64,000 nucleotides of DNA from the human T2T-CHM13v2.0 reference genome, Homo sapiens, in NCBI RefSeq assembly GCF_009914755.1, contig NC_060932.1. The stretch is one strand, 5' to 3'. A program made the translations under genes and the position numbers. The notes beneath the pieces were generated by a model. The model was given only the letters and a program-made list of their open reading frames with translations, was not told where the DNA came from and made no database searches. Shown piece by piece: positions 62,732 to 64,000 of this stretch; within the stretch, counting starts at the first letter, position 1, and the number at the start of each line of letters is the position of its first letter.

Positions 62732-63158
62732 ATATTATTTCAAATATTTAGCATGTATGTAAAAAAGTTAATGAGTGAATAGGCACACACAAATTGTGGA
62801 TATTCTTGTAGGTAAGTCTGTTTCATCTTGTTAAATAACTATAATACTGTCTTGTTTCATACCATGTTATGATGTAATCAGATTCCTCTCTGTAGGCATA
62901 AATATTATATCCAAATACTTGGAATTATGAACAGTGCTTCAGTGAATATCCTTTTATATTTACGTGTGTACTTTGTCTGATTATTTCTTTAGGATAAATT
63001 CCTAGAAATGGCATTGATGAACTAAAGGAAACACACATTTAAAGCTTCGTATGTATTATAAATGTGACTTCTTGAAAGATGTTACCAATGCATAGCCATA
63101 TTGTATCCCTTGGTACAGTTTTAACTTACGTTTTCCAGTGGTATTTTTAATAAAACAT

Positions 63159-63200
63159 TGTGTGTGTGTGTGTGTGTATGTGTATATGTGTATATATATA
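63159..63200. repeat. (TG)n/(TA)n microsatellite
   Basis: Direct reading. Confidence 0.9.
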
Positions 63201-64000
63201 CTTATAAAACAAAGTACAATGTTTTATAATATTTTAATCCAGTTAATATTAGCATTCAACATGGATGGTATCTTATGTACAGACTACCCGCAAGTTTCAG
63301 TAGTAAGCTTTTACCCTGTGCTGTTCTCTCTGATCATAATCCCAAATGTTTTAAAAAGGGCATTTCTCCTGCCACAAATGGTTGGGGGAGAGCGTCTGAA
63401 CCAAGGAAACGTGTGGACCAGAAAAGAGCTGTGTTAATTCTATTTCTGTATTTTCAGTACATTTTTTTCATTACTTAATTAGTTACACAAATATTTATTT
63501 AATGAGGCAGGCACCGGCCTGGTCACTGGGCATACAGTGATGGTAGAGACAGTTCTAGGCTCTCAAGAATTTATAATTTAGTGATAGAAACTTTTAAGTG
63601 GCTCAAAACAGTCAACTCCTTTACAAACTACAGTTATAATACATTTGTAAAGTGTGTGTATAGTTTACATACATTTGTAAAATAATTTAGTGTAACAAAG
63701 CAAAATAGAAATAAAGATGAGAAAAAATTTTATTGAAACATGTCACCACCTACAAACAATTGTCATTAAGTAAAATTTACTTCTCCTCTAACATTTCATT
63801 ATGAACTTCTAAAACATAAAGGTAAGCTGAGAGAATTTACACTGAATACCCAGATATCGACTACCTAGATTCCACAATTAACAATTGACTGTGCTTGCTT
63901 TATCGCAACTCCATCTTATGTATCAGCAATCATTCTGTCTTTTTAAATGCATTTTAGAGTAAGCTGGAGAAAAGTGTCCTTCCTTCAATATGCATAACAT

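Overview
Primate (human or great-ape-like) AT-rich genomic DNA. It is most likely a long intron of a gene transcribed on the + strand: there is a donor-like GCG|gtaaga at 1-9, a T/G-rich + strand, and most Alus and L1s lie antisense. No host protein-coding exon can be firmly identified. The window is mostly transposable elements: about 12 Alu insertions, several solo LTRs, Tigger1/Tigger3b/MER DNA transposons, and old L1M, L2 and MIR fragments. It also holds two full-length L1PA2/3-type LINE-1s on the - strand (12168-18220 and 32466-38542), each with its own TSD. The strongest signal is that these two independently inserted L1s, 20.3 kb apart, share many non-consensus substitutions, including the same ORF1 codon-7 nonsense mutation, plus a 524-bp perfectly identical tract, while their ends differ. 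This points to local ectopic gene conversion. Other notable items: the second L1 has a new ATG giving an N-truncated ORF1p, an ORF2 broken only by two 1-bp homopolymer insertions, an intact ORF0 and a 13-nt 3' transduction. The first L1 has a C-terminally extended ORF0 that runs into flanking DNA. A 180-bp locally templated inverted duplication sits inside an MLT1A LTR. Family and consensus assignments are from recalled consensus sequences, not from a database search.
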